Virus record (IMG/VR): IMGVR_UViG_3300037011_001068
Location: 32,001 to 96,000 of that record
Length of the DNA: 64,000 nt
Reading direction: 5' to 3' (one strand)
Source: a virus
A program made the position numbers and the translations under genes. The first letter of the stretch is position 1. Each line of letters starts with the position of its first letter. The notes beneath the pieces are model-generated. The model saw only the letters and a list, made by a program, of their open reading frames with translations. It ran no database searches and had not been told where the DNA came from. Below are positions 9,506 to 19,627 of the stretch, one piece after another.

Positions 9506-9757
9506 ATGCCTCTTTATCAGTTTGAGTGCGAGTGCGGAAATTCCTTGGAAGACCTCCGTTCGATGAAGGAGCGAAATGTGCCTATCCTCTGCAAGGAGTG
9601 TGGGCGGGTGATGTCGCGCGTGATGTCCTCGTCGAATTTTGGAAAGCCCGCTTATCGGATGACGGCAATTCTGGAGGACGGGCGGAAGGTGCAGGGAAAC
9701 TTCGGTCAGAGGCCGAAGCTGGAAGCCTCCATGCGATCGAGCTCAAGGGTGAAGTGA
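9506..9757 (+). CDS. FmdB-family zinc-ribbon protein
   Basis: MPLYQFECECG...CKECG..MSRVMS. Confidence 0.8.
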   Translation: MPLYQFECECGNSLEDLRSMKERNVPILCKECGRVMSRVMSSSNFGKPAYRMTAILEDGRKVQGNFGQRPKLEASMRSSSRVK

Positions 9758-10737
9758 TGATGCTTGTATTTTCGGATTTGCATTTGCGGGAAGAGACCGC
9801 AGAAGTTGTCTTTAAATCTGTACTTCCGGGTATCTTGCAGGCTGCAATTAAGCGTAAAATCATGGTTATCGCCTGCTTGGGGGATTTTTATCATCTGCGT
9901 TACCGTATTTCTGTATTTCTGCAAAACAAGGTGGCGGAGTGGCTTCGGGAGACGGGGAAGCGGGGCATTCATGTGGTGCTTCTTCCGGGGAACCATGATC
10001 AAGTGGATAGCCATGGTCGCCATGCGCTCGAGGTGTTCCGAGAATTCCCGCATGTCCATGTGATCGATGAGCCGAAAAGCCGGGATGATGGGCTCTGGAT
10101 TCCTTACCGGCAGGACCCGGAGGAGCTCGAGTGCGCGTTTAAGATCAAGAAGCACCCTTACCAGGACCCGGTAGTGTGGATGCATCATGGGGTTCGAGGG
10201 GCGCTTATGAATGCCAGAAAGAAAGATGAAGATGGGATTGATCCGACGTTTTTTGAGAAGCGTAAAGTTCAAGTGTTTTGCGGGCATTATCACAAAAGGC
10301 AGAAGGTCGGGGTGGTGCAGTACGTTGGAAGCCCCTATCAGACGCGAGCGGATGAGGCGGGGGATCCCAAGGGCTTCATGATCCTTTCCAAGCAGCATGG
10401 GGTTGAATTTGTGGATACTGCTTGGGGACCTCGGTTTCATGTTTTCCGCTTTGAAGCGGGGAAGCCCTTTCTCCTCGAGGGAGTGGCTCCGGGAGATGAA
10501 GTGAGGGCTGTGGCTGGCCCGGGGGTTCTGCCGGAGCAAGTAGGCCAATTTCTTCAGAGTCAAGGAATCCAGAAATTTGTTGTGTCGGCGGAAATGGAGG
10601 CTTCTGGATCTCGGCTGCAGGTACGGCCCGGGGCAACAATCCTGGATTATGCTGAGGCTTACGTCAGGGAATTCCGCGGGCAGTTGGATGCTTCATTTTT
10701 GATGGAGGTGTTGGAGGGATTCGCTCGTGAAATTTGA
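9757..10737 (+). CDS. SbcD/Mre11-like (gp47) metallophosphoesterase nuclease
   Basis: FSDLH, LGDFYH, PGNHD, MHHG, CGHYH, YVGSPYQ. Confidence 0.92.
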   Translation: MMLVFSDLHLREETAEVVFKSVLPGILQAAIKRKIMVIACLGDFYHLRYRISVFLQNKVAEWLRETGKRGIHVVLLPGNHDQVDSHGRHALEVFREFPHVHVIDEPKSRDDGLWIPYRQDPEELECAFKIKKHPYQDPVVWMHHGVRGALMNARKKDEDGIDPTFFEKRKVQVFCGHYHKRQKVGVVQYVGSPYQTRADEAGDPKGFMILSKQHGVEFVDTAWGPRFHVFRFEAGKPFLLEGVAPGDEVRAVAGPGVLPEQVGQFLQSQGIQKFVVSAEMEASGSRLQVRPGATILDYAEAYVREFRGQLDASFLMEVLEGFAREI

Positions 10738-12766
10738 ATACCTGGAGCTCGAGAATTATGGCTCTTTTTTTGGCAAGCATCGGTTGGACCTCGCGGACCG
10801 GGGGCTTCTTCTTGTGTCTGGGGATAACCGGGATGACCCCCGCACCAGTTCCAATGGGGCGGGGAAGAGCACGATCTTCGATGCGCTCGATTGGGCCCTC
10901 TTTGGCGCGGTGCCGCGGGGGGATCGGGTGGAGTCGGTGGTCAATGCCGAGGCTTCTGAGTGTCGGGTGCGGGTCGGGATCAGGACTGATAGTGGTGAGG
11001 CTCTCGTGGTGGAGAGGACACGGGTGGAGGGGGCTACCGGGCTTGCGCTCTGGCAAGGTGGCCAGGAGGTTCGTTGTCTTGATGTCACAGAAACCCAGAA
11101 CGTCCTTGAGCAGAAGCTCGGTCTTGACCGGGAGGTTTTCCACGCCGCTGTTCTCTTTTCCCAGGGCGATCTGACTCATTACGCGGATGAGACGGATGCC
11201 GGGAAGATGGACATCCTCACGCGGATTCTCCAGTTGGGTGTGATTGACCAGTTGCAGGGGGTGGCAAAGAAGCGTCTTGCCGCCTTGGAGGAAGAGCTCC
11301 TGGAAGTTGATCGGGTACTTGTGGATATCCGCGGGCAGATTTCTGGATTGGAGAGTGCTGGAGTGGCAAGCCAGGCGCAGGCCTGGGAAGAGCAGCGGCA
11401 GAAGGAGCTCGCTTTTGTCCGGGCGGAGATAGTTCGCCGGCAGCAAGCCATTCAGCAATTGCCGGTGTCCACCGGTTTGTCCGCGGGGGCCATCCGGGCG
11501 GAAATGGAGGCGCTTCAGAAATCGGGGGCAGCCTACGGTTCGCCGGAAGAGCGTTCGGCGCTTTTGGCGGCCGAGCAGGCGGTGGCGGAGTGGAAGGCGG
11601 AGCTCCGGCAGCGGGACCAGGAGATCGGGATTATCCGGGGCGAGATGGAACGGTTTCGCACTTTCAAGGGGGAGGTTTGCTCTTTATGCGGGCAGCCGGT
11701 GACGCAGGAGCATTTGGGGCGTGAGTATGCCTTGAGAGGGCAGAAGCTCCAGGGCCTCCTGCAAGCTAAGGGGGAGGCCGAGAGTACCCTGGGAGCCTGG
11801 GAAGCCCGCTTGGGGGAGCTCAAGGCTTCAGAGCAGGCAAAGAATCGAGCTTTGCAGGAGAGGATAGCAGCCGAGCGATCGAAGCTCTATGTGCTCCAGG
11901 AATCCCTCCGGAAGGCCGAGGCGCTCGAGCGTGAGGGGATTGAAGCGCAGCGAGCGTTCCAGGCAGAGCGGGACAAGGCGGAGGAGGTTTTCAGGCGGGT
12001 GAATCCTTTCCAGGCGCAGCAGGCGGAGCTCGACAAGAAGCGGCAGGAACTTGAGTGGAGGCTCAAGACTACGGAACATCTTTTGGGGCAACAGATGCTC
12101 CTGAAGGAGCATATCTTCTTTTGGGTGAAAGCCCTCGGCGCTAAGGGGCTCAAGAGTTACATCCTGGACCAACGTCTCCAGGAGCTCTCTGACGCGGTGA
12201 ACGGGTGGCTGGCGCCTTTGACCGGGGGAGCTATGTGGTGTCGGTTCGATAGCACGAAGCAAACGAAGACTCGGGGCGTTCAGAATTCCCCTACTCTCCG
12301 GATTTTTCGGTGGGAGGGCGATGGAGTGGTCGCAGAGCGTGGGTACAAGAGTTGGAGCGGTGGCGAGAAACAGAGGATTTCTTTTGCCGTGGATTTTGGG
12401 CTTTCGCGGCTCCTTGCACGGCGGGCCAGAAATCAGTATGACTTGCTCATTCTTGATGAGGTATTTAAACATCTTGATTCATCGGGGAAAGAAGCGGTAG
12501 TAGAGATGTTGCATGCTATCGCGCAGGAGAAATCGAGCGTTTTTGTTGTTGAGCATGATCACGAGCTACAGGGGAGCTTTGAGCGTGTGATGGTGGTCCA
12601 GAAAATTAAACGTCGCAGTCAGATCAAGGAGGGATCCGATGGGATCCAGATCAAAGCGAAAAAAGCAATCAAAAGAGCGCCCGTCCACCATGTATCTGGT
12701 GAAGCCCTACCAGCGGGAAAATCTTGCAGAGCCCCCCTCCGAAGAGCACCCATTATCGGCGGGTGA
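10727..12766 (+). CDS. SbcC/Rad50-like (gp46) ATPase
   Basis: NGAGKST Walker A, CSLCGQ zinc hook, WSGGEKQR signature, LILDE, VVEH. Confidence 0.93.
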   Translation: MKFEYLELENYGSFFGKHRLDLADRGLLLVSGDNRDDPRTSSNGAGKSTIFDALDWALFGAVPRGDRVESVVNAEASECRVRVGIRTDSGEALVVERTRVEGATGLALWQGGQEVRCLDVTETQNVLEQKLGLDREVFHAAVLFSQGDLTHYADETDAGKMDILTRILQLGVIDQLQGVAKKRLAALEEELLEVDRVLVDIRGQISGLESAGVASQAQAWEEQRQKELAFVRAEIVRRQQAIQQLPVSTGLSAGAIRAEMEALQKSGAAYGSPEERSALLAAEQAVAEWKAELRQRDQEIGIIRGEMERFRTFKGEVCSLCGQPVTQEHLGREYALRGQKLQGLLQAKGEAESTLGAWEARLGELKASEQAKNRALQERIAAERSKLYVLQESLRKAEALEREGIEAQRAFQAERDKAEEVFRRVNPFQAQQAELDKKRQELEWRLKTTEHLLGQQMLLKEHIFFWVKALGAKGLKSYILDQRLQELSDAVNGWLAPLTGGAMWCRFDSTKQTKTRGVQNSPTLRIFRWEGDGVVAERGYKSWSGGEKQRISFAVDFGLSRLLARRARNQYDLLILDEVFKHLDSSGKEAVVEMLHAIAQEKSSVFVVEHDHELQGSFERVMVVQKIKRRSQIKEGSDGIQIKAKKAIKRAPVHHVSGEALPAGKSCRAPLRRAPIIGG

Positions 12767-13208
12767 GCCATTTTTCGTTCGCGGTGAGATCGATGGGGCT
12801 ATTATTGTGAGCGTACCAGAGACTATCAGTAGGTCTTCCGCGGAAAATCTTCATAAGGCGTTTGCAGACACTTTTCCGGGGAAGCCTGTTCTTGTCCTCA
12901 CACACAACGTACAATTTCTTGAATTGCGAAGGCTCACCGAGCAGGAGGAACAAAAGGTCAGGGCTTTCGTCCAAAGGAGCAACTCTGATGCCAGAGGGCT
13001 TGAAAAGAACGCCGATTCCCCTGCAGAAAAAGGATTGGGCGCTCAATCCGTCTCAAGTGGTGCTGGGGATAGACCCGGGCTTCGGGTCGTTGGGGATGGC
13101 GGTTTTGGAGGCGGAGCCCGGGAAGAAGCCTCGAACATTAGCAGCGCGCGTGGTGAGCACGGCGAGGGCGAGCAAGAAGCAAATCAAGGATTTTCGGGTA
13201 ACGAATGA
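12639..13208 (+). CDS. hypothetical protein
   Basis: AAGGAGG RBS; overlaps the end of sbcC and the start of the resolvase. Confidence 0.5.
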   Translation: MGSRSKRKKQSKERPSTMYLVKPYQRENLAEPPSEEHPLSAGEPFFVRGEIDGAIIVSVPETISRSSAENLHKAFADTFPGKPVLVLTHNVQFLELRRLTEQEEQKVRAFVQRSNSDARGLEKNADSPAEKGLGAQSVSSGAGDRPGLRVVGDGGFGGGAREEASNISSARGEHGEGEQEANQGFSGNE

Positions 13209-13647
13209 TGATCAGCGGCGTGTTTCTGAAATTTACTATGCGTTAGAGGGTGTCTACAGCGAATTTCACCCCGGTTCTGTTGGCGTGGAAGCGTATAACC
13301 CTTTTCGGAAGATGGGAAAGGGCGCTGGACCTCGGCAAAGCACAATTTCTGGATGGAAGGCGGGTGGTATTTATTTTGGCGTGAATTTTTGGGCTTTATC
13401 CCGGCATCTTCTCATTACGGCATTTTTGCCGATGGATCTGAAAAAGAGATTTTGTGGGAAAATTTCCGCGTCAAAAGAAGAGGTGGAGAAGGCGCTTTAC
13501 AGCCAGGTGGATGGGCTTTACCCTGTGATCCAGCAATTGCCGGTGACCAAGCGGGAGCACGCAGCAGATGCCGCGGGGCATGCTGTTCTCGTCCTGGAAG
13601 AGGTGTGGCGCATGCGGCAAATGCTTGGTTTAGGAGGTGCCGAGTGA
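12988..13647 (+). CDS. RuvC-like Holliday junction resolvase
   Basis: VLGIDPG, VGVE, ASKEEV, HAADA; AAGGAG RBS before the ATG at 12988. Confidence 0.88.
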   Translation: MPEGLKRTPIPLQKKDWALNPSQVVLGIDPGFGSLGMAVLEAEPGKKPRTLAARVVSTARASKKQIKDFRVTNDDQRRVSEIYYALEGVYSEFHPGSVGVEAYNPFRKMGKGAGPRQSTISGWKAGGIYFGVNFWALSRHLLITAFLPMDLKKRFCGKISASKEEVEKALYSQVDGLYPVIQQLPVTKREHAADAAGHAVLVLEEVWRMRQMLGLGGAE

Positions 13648-13973
13648 TTTTTTTATTGAACACTGAATTGGTCCTGTCTGAAATTTTGGAGCTTGCCTTG
13701 TTGAACGTTTCAAAGGCGCTTGATGTACCGAAATCGAAGGTGCGTATCTCCCTGAATTTCTCGGATGGGAAGCTTGTTCCAGATTTCAGGGTGGACAAGG
13801 ATTTTTCGGATGTGCTCGAGCAGCAGAAGGCGGAAGAGGCGATTCGGGCCATTTGGCTTGAAAATATGAAGCCGGAGCTCACGACGCGATTTCGTGGGCT
13901 TAAGGAGCGGCGTTATGTTGACCGAAGAGACAAAGCCTCGGAGGCGGCGTCCAATCCATCCGCCGAAGGCTAA
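13644..13973 (+). CDS. hypothetical protein
   Basis: GTG start overlapping the previous stop; AGGAGG RBS. Confidence 0.55.
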   Translation: MIFLLNTELVLSEILELALLNVSKALDVPKSKVRISLNFSDGKLVPDFRVDKDFSDVLEQQKAEEAIRAIWLENMKPELTTRFRGLKERRYVDRRDKASEAASNPSAEG

Positions 13974-14706
13974 GGCAGCTCCCAGAGTCACTCTGGCGCC
14001 GGATGCGGTGCTCGAGGCACGCCGGATAACACGGGGCACTCAAGAGCAGCCGGAGTGGGTGCTGGATGGGACCTCGGAGAATCCAGAGGATTCGATTTCC
14101 ACCGCCTGGCTGCGGCAGCTTGCGGGGATCCAATATTCTACTTCGCAGGCGGGAATCACCGTGCCGGAAATGAGTCGTATGCCTCCGTTTGACCATGTGT
14201 CGATTCGGACGCTCGAGGGATGGTGCGCGTATGATCATTGGGAGGATAAGCGGAAAGAGTATTTTGCTCGGCTGCGAGATCAAATTGAGCAGCGGCTCGC
14301 AGCGTCAGTGGTGGAGACGCGTGTCCAGCATTTGCAGCGAATCGACAGCATTGCCGAAGCCATTATAGCTGACATTGAGAGCAAAGAGGTTGGTTACAAG
14401 AGCAGGGAAGGCATGATCACGGCTCTAGTAAAATTGCTGGAGGTTGGGGATCGCATGCGTGAAAAGGTTGCTGCTCGGATAGCTCCTAAGCTCGATTGTG
14501 CGGGTGTCCTCACCCTCACAGCAGAGCTTTCCGAAGATGAAGCTCGTGCTGCAGCCAAGTTGATTATGAAGACTCGGCGAGAGAAGCTTCGGGCGGGGTT
14601 ACCTAGTCCAGAAATTCGAGAGCAGGATTCTGGGGAACCAGGCCGTTCTAAAATGATCCGTCGTCCGGTATGCGATGGTAAGAATAATGGCGAAACGGTG
14701 GAGTAA
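13915..14706 (+). CDS. HTH plus coiled-coil protein, possibly terminase small subunit
   Basis: VSIRTLEGWCAYDHWEDKRKEY resembles the TerS-type HTH ending W....W; the location is atypical. Confidence 0.35.
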   Translation: MLTEETKPRRRRPIHPPKAKAAPRVTLAPDAVLEARRITRGTQEQPEWVLDGTSENPEDSISTAWLRQLAGIQYSTSQAGITVPEMSRMPPFDHVSIRTLEGWCAYDHWEDKRKEYFARLRDQIEQRLAASVVETRVQHLQRIDSIAEAIIADIESKEVGYKSREGMITALVKLLEVGDRMREKVAARIAPKLDCAGVLTLTAELSEDEARAAAKLIMKTRREKLRAGLPSPEIREQDSGEPGRSKMIRRPVCDGKNNGETVE

Positions 14707-15394
14707 AAAGGAAGAGAATCAGTTGTTGCAAGGTGCAGGAGTTTATGGGCTTTCTTGGTTCCAGAGACACACTGAGAGCGCCTACTCCTGGCCGAATGCT
14801 CCGAAAGGAAGATCGTACAAAGCGCTGTACTCTAAGGCTCGCCGGCTTTTTGGTCTTGGCGGATTTTCCAAAGGGAGCTATTCGCTGTCCAAGGCTTGTC
14901 GAATGACGGGATACTCGAAAACGCAATTGCGACGGGCTCAAGCGGCGTTAGGCCAAAAATGGAAGCGGCTGTCTTCCACGGGGAGCTACCTGATTTTTGA
15001 GGAGCAGCTAGGGGAGCTGTCTGATTGGCTGGGGAAAGACTACTGGTATCGGAAGGGGCGTCTTTATTGCTGTTCATGGTGCCACACGGAAAAGAGGGCG
15101 CATAGAAGCCAGGGGCTTTGCTCTAAGTGCTATTCCAAGTATGCAGCGCGGTTACGTCGAATGGGGGTTCCTTTGCGCGCTGAGGATTTGCTGGACTACT
15201 TGAATGCTCATGAGAATGCTGGTAAGGTGCCACAGGCTGTGAAAACAGCGCTGGAGAAGAAAATAGCCATACCGGAGAAGGAGCTTTTGACGTTAATAAA
15301 ATCGTGGAGAAATCATGCTCGTTCACTTGAAGATGGACGATTCGGATTTCGATCTATTGATTCGGGCCTTGAGTGCAGGGAGGTTATCAAGTGA
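14687..15394 (+). CDS. hypothetical DNA-binding protein with Cys/His cluster
   Basis: WSKKEE Myb-like start, YSLSKACRMTGYS HTH, CSWC...H...GLCSKCY. Confidence 0.5.
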   Translation: MAKRWSKKEENQLLQGAGVYGLSWFQRHTESAYSWPNAPKGRSYKALYSKARRLFGLGGFSKGSYSLSKACRMTGYSKTQLRRAQAALGQKWKRLSSTGSYLIFEEQLGELSDWLGKDYWYRKGRLYCCSWCHTEKRAHRSQGLCSKCYSKYAARLRRMGVPLRAEDLLDYLNAHENAGKVPQAVKTALEKKIAIPEKELLTLIKSWRNHARSLEDGRFGFRSIDSGLECREVIK

Positions 15395-15684
15395 TTTTAC
15401 CGAGAGAGAGGCAGCCACGCTCAAAAAACTCGCTGAACGTTTGTTCCAAGAAAAAGAGGCGCAAGAAAATAGATCATTTGGCGATAGCAAGTAAATTTTT
15501 GAATTTATCTTTGCGGGATTTTAGGGATGAAGGGCTGGAGTCTTACGATATAATGCTTATTTTGCATTATGTTTTGAAGTTAGCGCAGGGAAGTTGCCAG
15601 GATCATGCGATGGTAGCAGCGGCGATTATGGAGGTGGAGGCTACCTTTGCGCTTTTCCATAATACGGCGGGAGATCCGGCTTGA
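15373..15684 (+). CDS. hypothetical protein
   Basis: ORF fills the operon gap; start may be the GTG at 15391. Confidence 0.45.
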   Translation: MQGGYQVILPRERQPRSKNSLNVCSKKKRRKKIDHLAIASKFLNLSLRDFRDEGLESYDIMLILHYVLKLAQGSCQDHAMVAAAIMEVEATFALFHNTAGDPA

Positions 15685-16712
15685 GTCTTAGTATCAAAAA
15701 GGCTATACAGCGTGTGTATAAAGTTACTGGAAGCGTGAAAGAAAAAAGTTCCATGTTTCGATGTATGCGATTTCTTCCAGGTTCCGAGAAGAATCCTCCT
15801 TTTTTGTACGGGACAGATGGGTTGATTTTTTCGATTGTTGCCTTGGATAGGAATGTACCCCTTTTGCTTTTGGATGGTCATCTATTAGCGAAAGTGTCAA
15901 AAGATCCTGGAGAGCTAGAGCTTATTGAGACAGGGTATGGTCTTGTTCAGATCAAGAGCTCCACGGCAACGTATGCGCTTGAGAGCATCGATGAAAAGCG
16001 CTATCCTTTTTTTCCTTACTGGCCAGAGAGCGGGTTTGTTTTTATGGAAGCTTGGGATCTCGTTCGGAAAGTATTTTACGCTGCAGCAAAGGCAAAAGAG
16101 GCTTCCCACTTGGCGTTTGTGCATTTTGCTTCCCATTACGTGGAGGCGACAGATCAGGCACGTATCGCGCGGGTGGGTGTCGAATGGCCTTATTCAGGGG
16201 TGGTTCCCTCGGCGGTTTTTCGGTCTTTTCCCGAGGGCTTTGTTCAGGTGGCTTTCACGGAGGAACACGCTTTTTTTTCGGTGGGCGATGAAATGCGAAT
16301 CGCTCCATTATTTCGTGGATCTTTCGTGGTAACGGACAAGCTCTTACCAGCGAATCATGCGGGGGCAAGAGTGCTTCTTTCGACCTCGCAATTTCAGCAT
16401 GTGGTGAGCCAGGGGCAGTTGATTGCTGAGCGTGGTTTTATTCATCTTTACTTCAGTGCAGATTGTGTTAATGCAGAATGCTGGGGACGGGATATCGCAC
16501 GGAAGGTGTTCATCGGATCGCTCCCTGTTTTGCATGCGAAAGACGTGGGGCAGCCAGTGAAGATTCTCGTCGATGGGCGTTACCTGAAAGAGGCTTTGAG
16601 GCCTGTAGAGACTCCCAACGTTCAGATCTGTTTTTCGGAGGATCCTGTGATCCCTTTACGGATCGAGAGTGGTGCTTACGTGGCATGCGTTTGGCAAATG
16701 CTGGACCAGTGA
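15681..16712 (+). CDS. DNA polymerase III beta-like sliding clamp
   Basis: 343 aa; YGTDG, YPFFP, VEATDQARIA, VDGRYLKEAL and PLRI follow the DnaN three-domain pattern. Confidence 0.7.
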   Translation: MSLSIKKAIQRVYKVTGSVKEKSSMFRCMRFLPGSEKNPPFLYGTDGLIFSIVALDRNVPLLLLDGHLLAKVSKDPGELELIETGYGLVQIKSSTATYALESIDEKRYPFFPYWPESGFVFMEAWDLVRKVFYAAAKAKEASHLAFVHFASHYVEATDQARIARVGVEWPYSGVVPSAVFRSFPEGFVQVAFTEEHAFFSVGDEMRIAPLFRGSFVVTDKLLPANHAGARVLLSTSQFQHVVSQGQLIAERGFIHLYFSADCVNAECWGRDIARKVFIGSLPVLHAKDVGQPVKILVDGRYLKEALRPVETPNVQICFSEDPVIPLRIESGAYVACVWQMLDQ

Positions 16713-16726
16713 TTGGAGGCCTAGAA

Positions 16727-17830
16727 ATGGATGCAAAAGAGTTTTTTGGGGAGCTCACGGAATTTTCTAGACGAGTGTTTAAGAAGCTTCGCGTTGGAAA
16801 TCAGAGTCCGTGGGGAGGTGTGCCTATGAAAAATGGCGCACCTAAAGGGGTCATTCTACATGGAACCTCGGCGCCGGAGCCTTTGGGATCGATCGGTTGG
16901 TTCATGAAGCAGGAGCTTCGATCGAATGTTTCTGCTCATGTCGTGATCGGTCAGGATTGGCCGGCTGGCTATCAGGATCTTGCGAAAGATCTTCCTTTAA
17001 TTCATGAGTTGCCGGCCATGATTGTTGAGTGCATGCCGTGGAATCTTGTCGCGCAGCATGCTACCTGGACCAATGCTACCTGCTATGGCGTTGAGCTTGT
17101 GAGTCTCGGAGAAATCCGGAATTTTAGTGGGCAATGGCGCGATTGGCGCGCCAACTGGACGAAACCTTACCCGAGAGAAGATCCCCCGGTTTTTTCTTGC
17201 GGCCGCTATTGGGATCCTTACCCTTTGGGGCAATTTGAAACGACGGTTGCTTTGCTCCGGAACTTGCGAGAGCTTGCACCCTTGGAGGAAGTTTGGGTTC
17301 TCGGTCATGAGCAGGTGCAGGGGGTTTCTACTAACGTGGCTCTTGGGCGGGATAAACGCGATCCAGGGCCCCACTTTAATCTTGCGCTTTTGCGGGGGGC
17401 GGTATTTCACGGCGTTTCTGGAAATCTGGATGACTCGAGCGTGAGCACTCCTTATTTCAGTAGCATGGATAGATATAGGAATCATACGGTATGCTCTTGG
17501 GCGAGAACATATTGGCAGGCGCAGGTAGCAGCGGGAGAGGCATTCGATGGTTTTGTCGAAAGGTGCTGGTGGGAGCTGGAAAGGGAACTTTGGCAACCTG
17601 ATTTTGTGAAAGGTAAACTGTCGTTCACCCCGCTTGGAAGGGTGGCTCTCTCTCTTCTTGGTTATCATGTATATTCGATTCCCGTGCTTGATATGCAGCC
17701 AGAGGATTTAGAATCGGTGCGGATTTTTCAGCGGATGGCTGGATGTACCGTCGATGGGGATCCGGGTTCAGAGACCCGGGAGGCGCTCTTGAGCAGGCTC
17801 CTTGATCGTGGCTGCATCGATCGCAGTTGA
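16727..17830 (+). CDS. N-acetylmuramoyl-L-alanine amidase (Amidase_2) endolysin with C-terminal peptidoglycan-binding domain
   Basis: VILHGT, SAHVVI, AQHA, GVEL, LGHEQ, KRDPGPHF; VRIFQRMAGCTVDGDPGSETREAL. Confidence 0.88.
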   Translation: MDAKEFFGELTEFSRRVFKKLRVGNQSPWGGVPMKNGAPKGVILHGTSAPEPLGSIGWFMKQELRSNVSAHVVIGQDWPAGYQDLAKDLPLIHELPAMIVECMPWNLVAQHATWTNATCYGVELVSLGEIRNFSGQWRDWRANWTKPYPREDPPVFSCGRYWDPYPLGQFETTVALLRNLRELAPLEEVWVLGHEQVQGVSTNVALGRDKRDPGPHFNLALLRGAVFHGVSGNLDDSSVSTPYFSSMDRYRNHTVCSWARTYWQAQVAAGEAFDGFVERCWWELERELWQPDFVKGKLSFTPLGRVALSLLGYHVYSIPVLDMQPEDLESVRIFQRMAGCTVDGDPGSETREALLSRLLDRGCIDRS

Positions 17831-17897
17831 CGAAAAGCTTTCTTCTTTTCAGTACATAAAGAAAAAAAGATTTCTTGATTTCAATGCTTCTTTTTTC

Positions 17898-17926
17898 TTG
17901 ACATAGGAGGCAATTTGCCTCATACT
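17898..17926 (+). promoter_or_regulatory. sigma70-type promoter with palindromic operator in the spacer
   Basis: TTGACA-N17-CATACT containing GAGGCAATTTGCCTC. Confidence 0.8.
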
Positions 17927-17969
17927 GAGATCAAGATCGGAAACAGGGTAAAAACCAAAGGAGAAGAAA

Positions 17970-18365
17970 ATGACGAAGTTCAGTTTGACGTTCAGTATTT
18001 CAGGAATTCCGGCAATCTTTCGGGTGTTGAATCACACATCGCAGAAGGACAAGATCGTGGTCAAGGTTGAGAAGGATCTGGCCATGTATACCCTCGTTAA
18101 GGGTGTCCTTGCGGAAGCGGGGGCCAACTCCATGGCGAGTTGGGAAGGAACCCACTTTTTCATCGTGGAGTACATCCGGGCGGAGTTCTTCCAGGCAATG
18201 GGTCAGATTCAGGAGCGTATGACCCAGCGGGAGGGGTCCCAGGAGCCTCAGGAGACTGAGAAGAAGCCCCAGGAGGCTGGAGAGACCTCGGAAGAGGAGC
18301 CTCAGGAGGCTAGTGGGGTGTCGGCAGAGGAGCCTCTCCTTCTTTCCCCGCCGGGCGATTGCTGA
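17970..18365 (+). CDS. hypothetical early protein with acidic tail
   Basis: AAGGAG RBS downstream of the promoter. Confidence 0.65.
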   Translation: MTKFSLTFSISGIPAIFRVLNHTSQKDKIVVKVEKDLAMYTLVKGVLAEAGANSMASWEGTHFFIVEYIRAEFFQAMGQIQERMTQREGSQEPQETEKKPQEAGETSEEEPQEASGVSAEEPLLLSPPGDC

Positions 18366-18387
18366 AGGGGATGGTAGGGGGGGGTTG

Positions 18388-18407
18388 GGCCCAAGGGGGC
18401 CTTTTTT
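18388..18407 (+). terminator. putative intrinsic terminator
   Basis: GGCCC-AAGG-GGGCC followed by TTTTTT. Confidence 0.5.
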
Positions 18408-18421
18408 GATCGGAGGATATC

Positions 18422-18646
18422 GTGACTTTACGAGAGGCTCTTGAAATGCCAGGAATAGCGGTTCATACCTCGGGGAGGTATCTTTTGGACCGGCAGATTA
18501 TCCCTCGGAGGTACATTTTCCTCGATTACATCGATCCCGAGGGGCCGGGGGGTTGGAGCAGCGCAGAGAATTTCGTCGGGGTTCGTTTCGCGTCAGCTCC
18601 CCCGGAGTTTCCGGAGGAGGACTGGATTCCGATTGATGAGTCATGA
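18422..18646 (+). CDS. hypothetical protein
   Basis: GGAGG RBS and GTG start. Confidence 0.6.
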   Translation: MTLREALEMPGIAVHTSGRYLLDRQIIPRRYIFLDYIDPEGPGGWSSAENFVGVRFASAPPEFPEEDWIPIDES

Positions 18647-18667
18647 CATAAGGGGGATGGAGGCATT

Positions 18668-19627
18668 ATGCTGCGATTAGATCAAGACAAGGTTCGGGGG
18701 GTGGTGTTCGGGGTGGCAGTGGGGGATGCAATCGGATACCCTGTTGAGTTTCTTTCCAGAGATCAAATCCGAGAGGTTTGTGGGGGTTCGCTTCAGGGAT
18801 ACCTTCGTCTGGTGGATGGGGTGGCGGAGTATTCCGACGACACTCAGATGTTTTTGGCTGTTCTCCGAGGCCTTCTGAGGGCTATTGGGGGCAAGCTCTC
18901 GGTGGATTGGGATAGCATCCACCTGGCGGTGGCTGAGGAGCTTATTGCTTGGGGGAAATCTTCAGAGAATAACCGGGCTCCAGGAGCGGCGTGCATGTTC
19001 GGGGTCCATAACCTAGCCACGGGGGTTCATTGGAGGGAGGCTGGGAAGGTGCATGCTGGTGGGTGCGGGGCAGCCATGCGCTCCATGGCCTACGCTCTGG
19101 TATTTGATGTTCAGGCGGCCTGGGAGACCGCCAGGGCGCATGCAGCCATGACCCATAGGTCTCCTTCAGGGGAAGCCTCTTCGGCAGCGGTAGCAGCTAT
19201 CACAGGGCTTCTCCTGCGGGGCAAGAAACCTACGGACGCCTGTCTTCAGGGTCATATTATTGCGCGGCGCATTGATCCTTTGACCGGGCAGCTCATCTGG
19301 GAGGCGATCGAGGCATCGCAGGAGATTCTTGAGGGGTCCTTATCGGGGGTGGGCCCTCGGATGGTGGAGCTCCTGGACAAATGGCGGGGCTGGACGGGCC
19401 ATGAGGCGGTGGCCGCCTCGGTTCTGTGCTTCTTGGTTTCTCGGTCTTACCGCGAGGCTGTTCTGTGGGCGGTGAACAGCTCCGGGGATTCGGATTCTCT
19501 GGGGGCCATAACGGGGGCTTTCGCGGGGGCCCATTGGGGCTTTGCTTCTATCCCGCATGCTTGGGTGGGTAGGATCGAGAATCGATTAGGGTTAGAGAAG
19601 ATAGTGGAGTCCGCTTGTGAGGGGTGA
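18668..19627 (+). CDS. ADP-ribosylglycohydrolase (DraG/ARH family)
   Basis: GVAVGDAIGYPVE, YSDDTQM, GCGAAMR, MTH, GDSDSLGAITGAFAGA. Confidence 0.93.
   Translation: MLRLDQDKVRGVVFGVAVGDAIGYPVEFLSRDQIREVCGGSLQGYLRLVDGVAEYSDDTQMFLAVLRGLLRAIGGKLSVDWDSIHLAVAEELIAWGKSSENNRAPGAACMFGVHNLATGVHWREAGKVHAGGCGAAMRSMAYALVFDVQAAWETARAHAAMTHRSPSGEASSAAVAAITGLLLRGKKPTDACLQGHIIARRIDPLTGQLIWEAIEASQEILEGSLSGVGPRMVELLDKWRGWTGHEAVAASVLCFLVSRSYREAVLWAVNSSGDSDSLGAITGAFAGAHWGFASIPHAWVGRIENRLGLEKIVESACEG

Noticed and set aside
9526-9756. Upstream extensions of several ORFs (SbcD 9526, amidase 16478, PHP 31266, MuF 47939, sigma 826)
   Set aside because: They overlap other genes or intergenic DNA; downstream starts fit the family N-termini better, most with a clear RBS.
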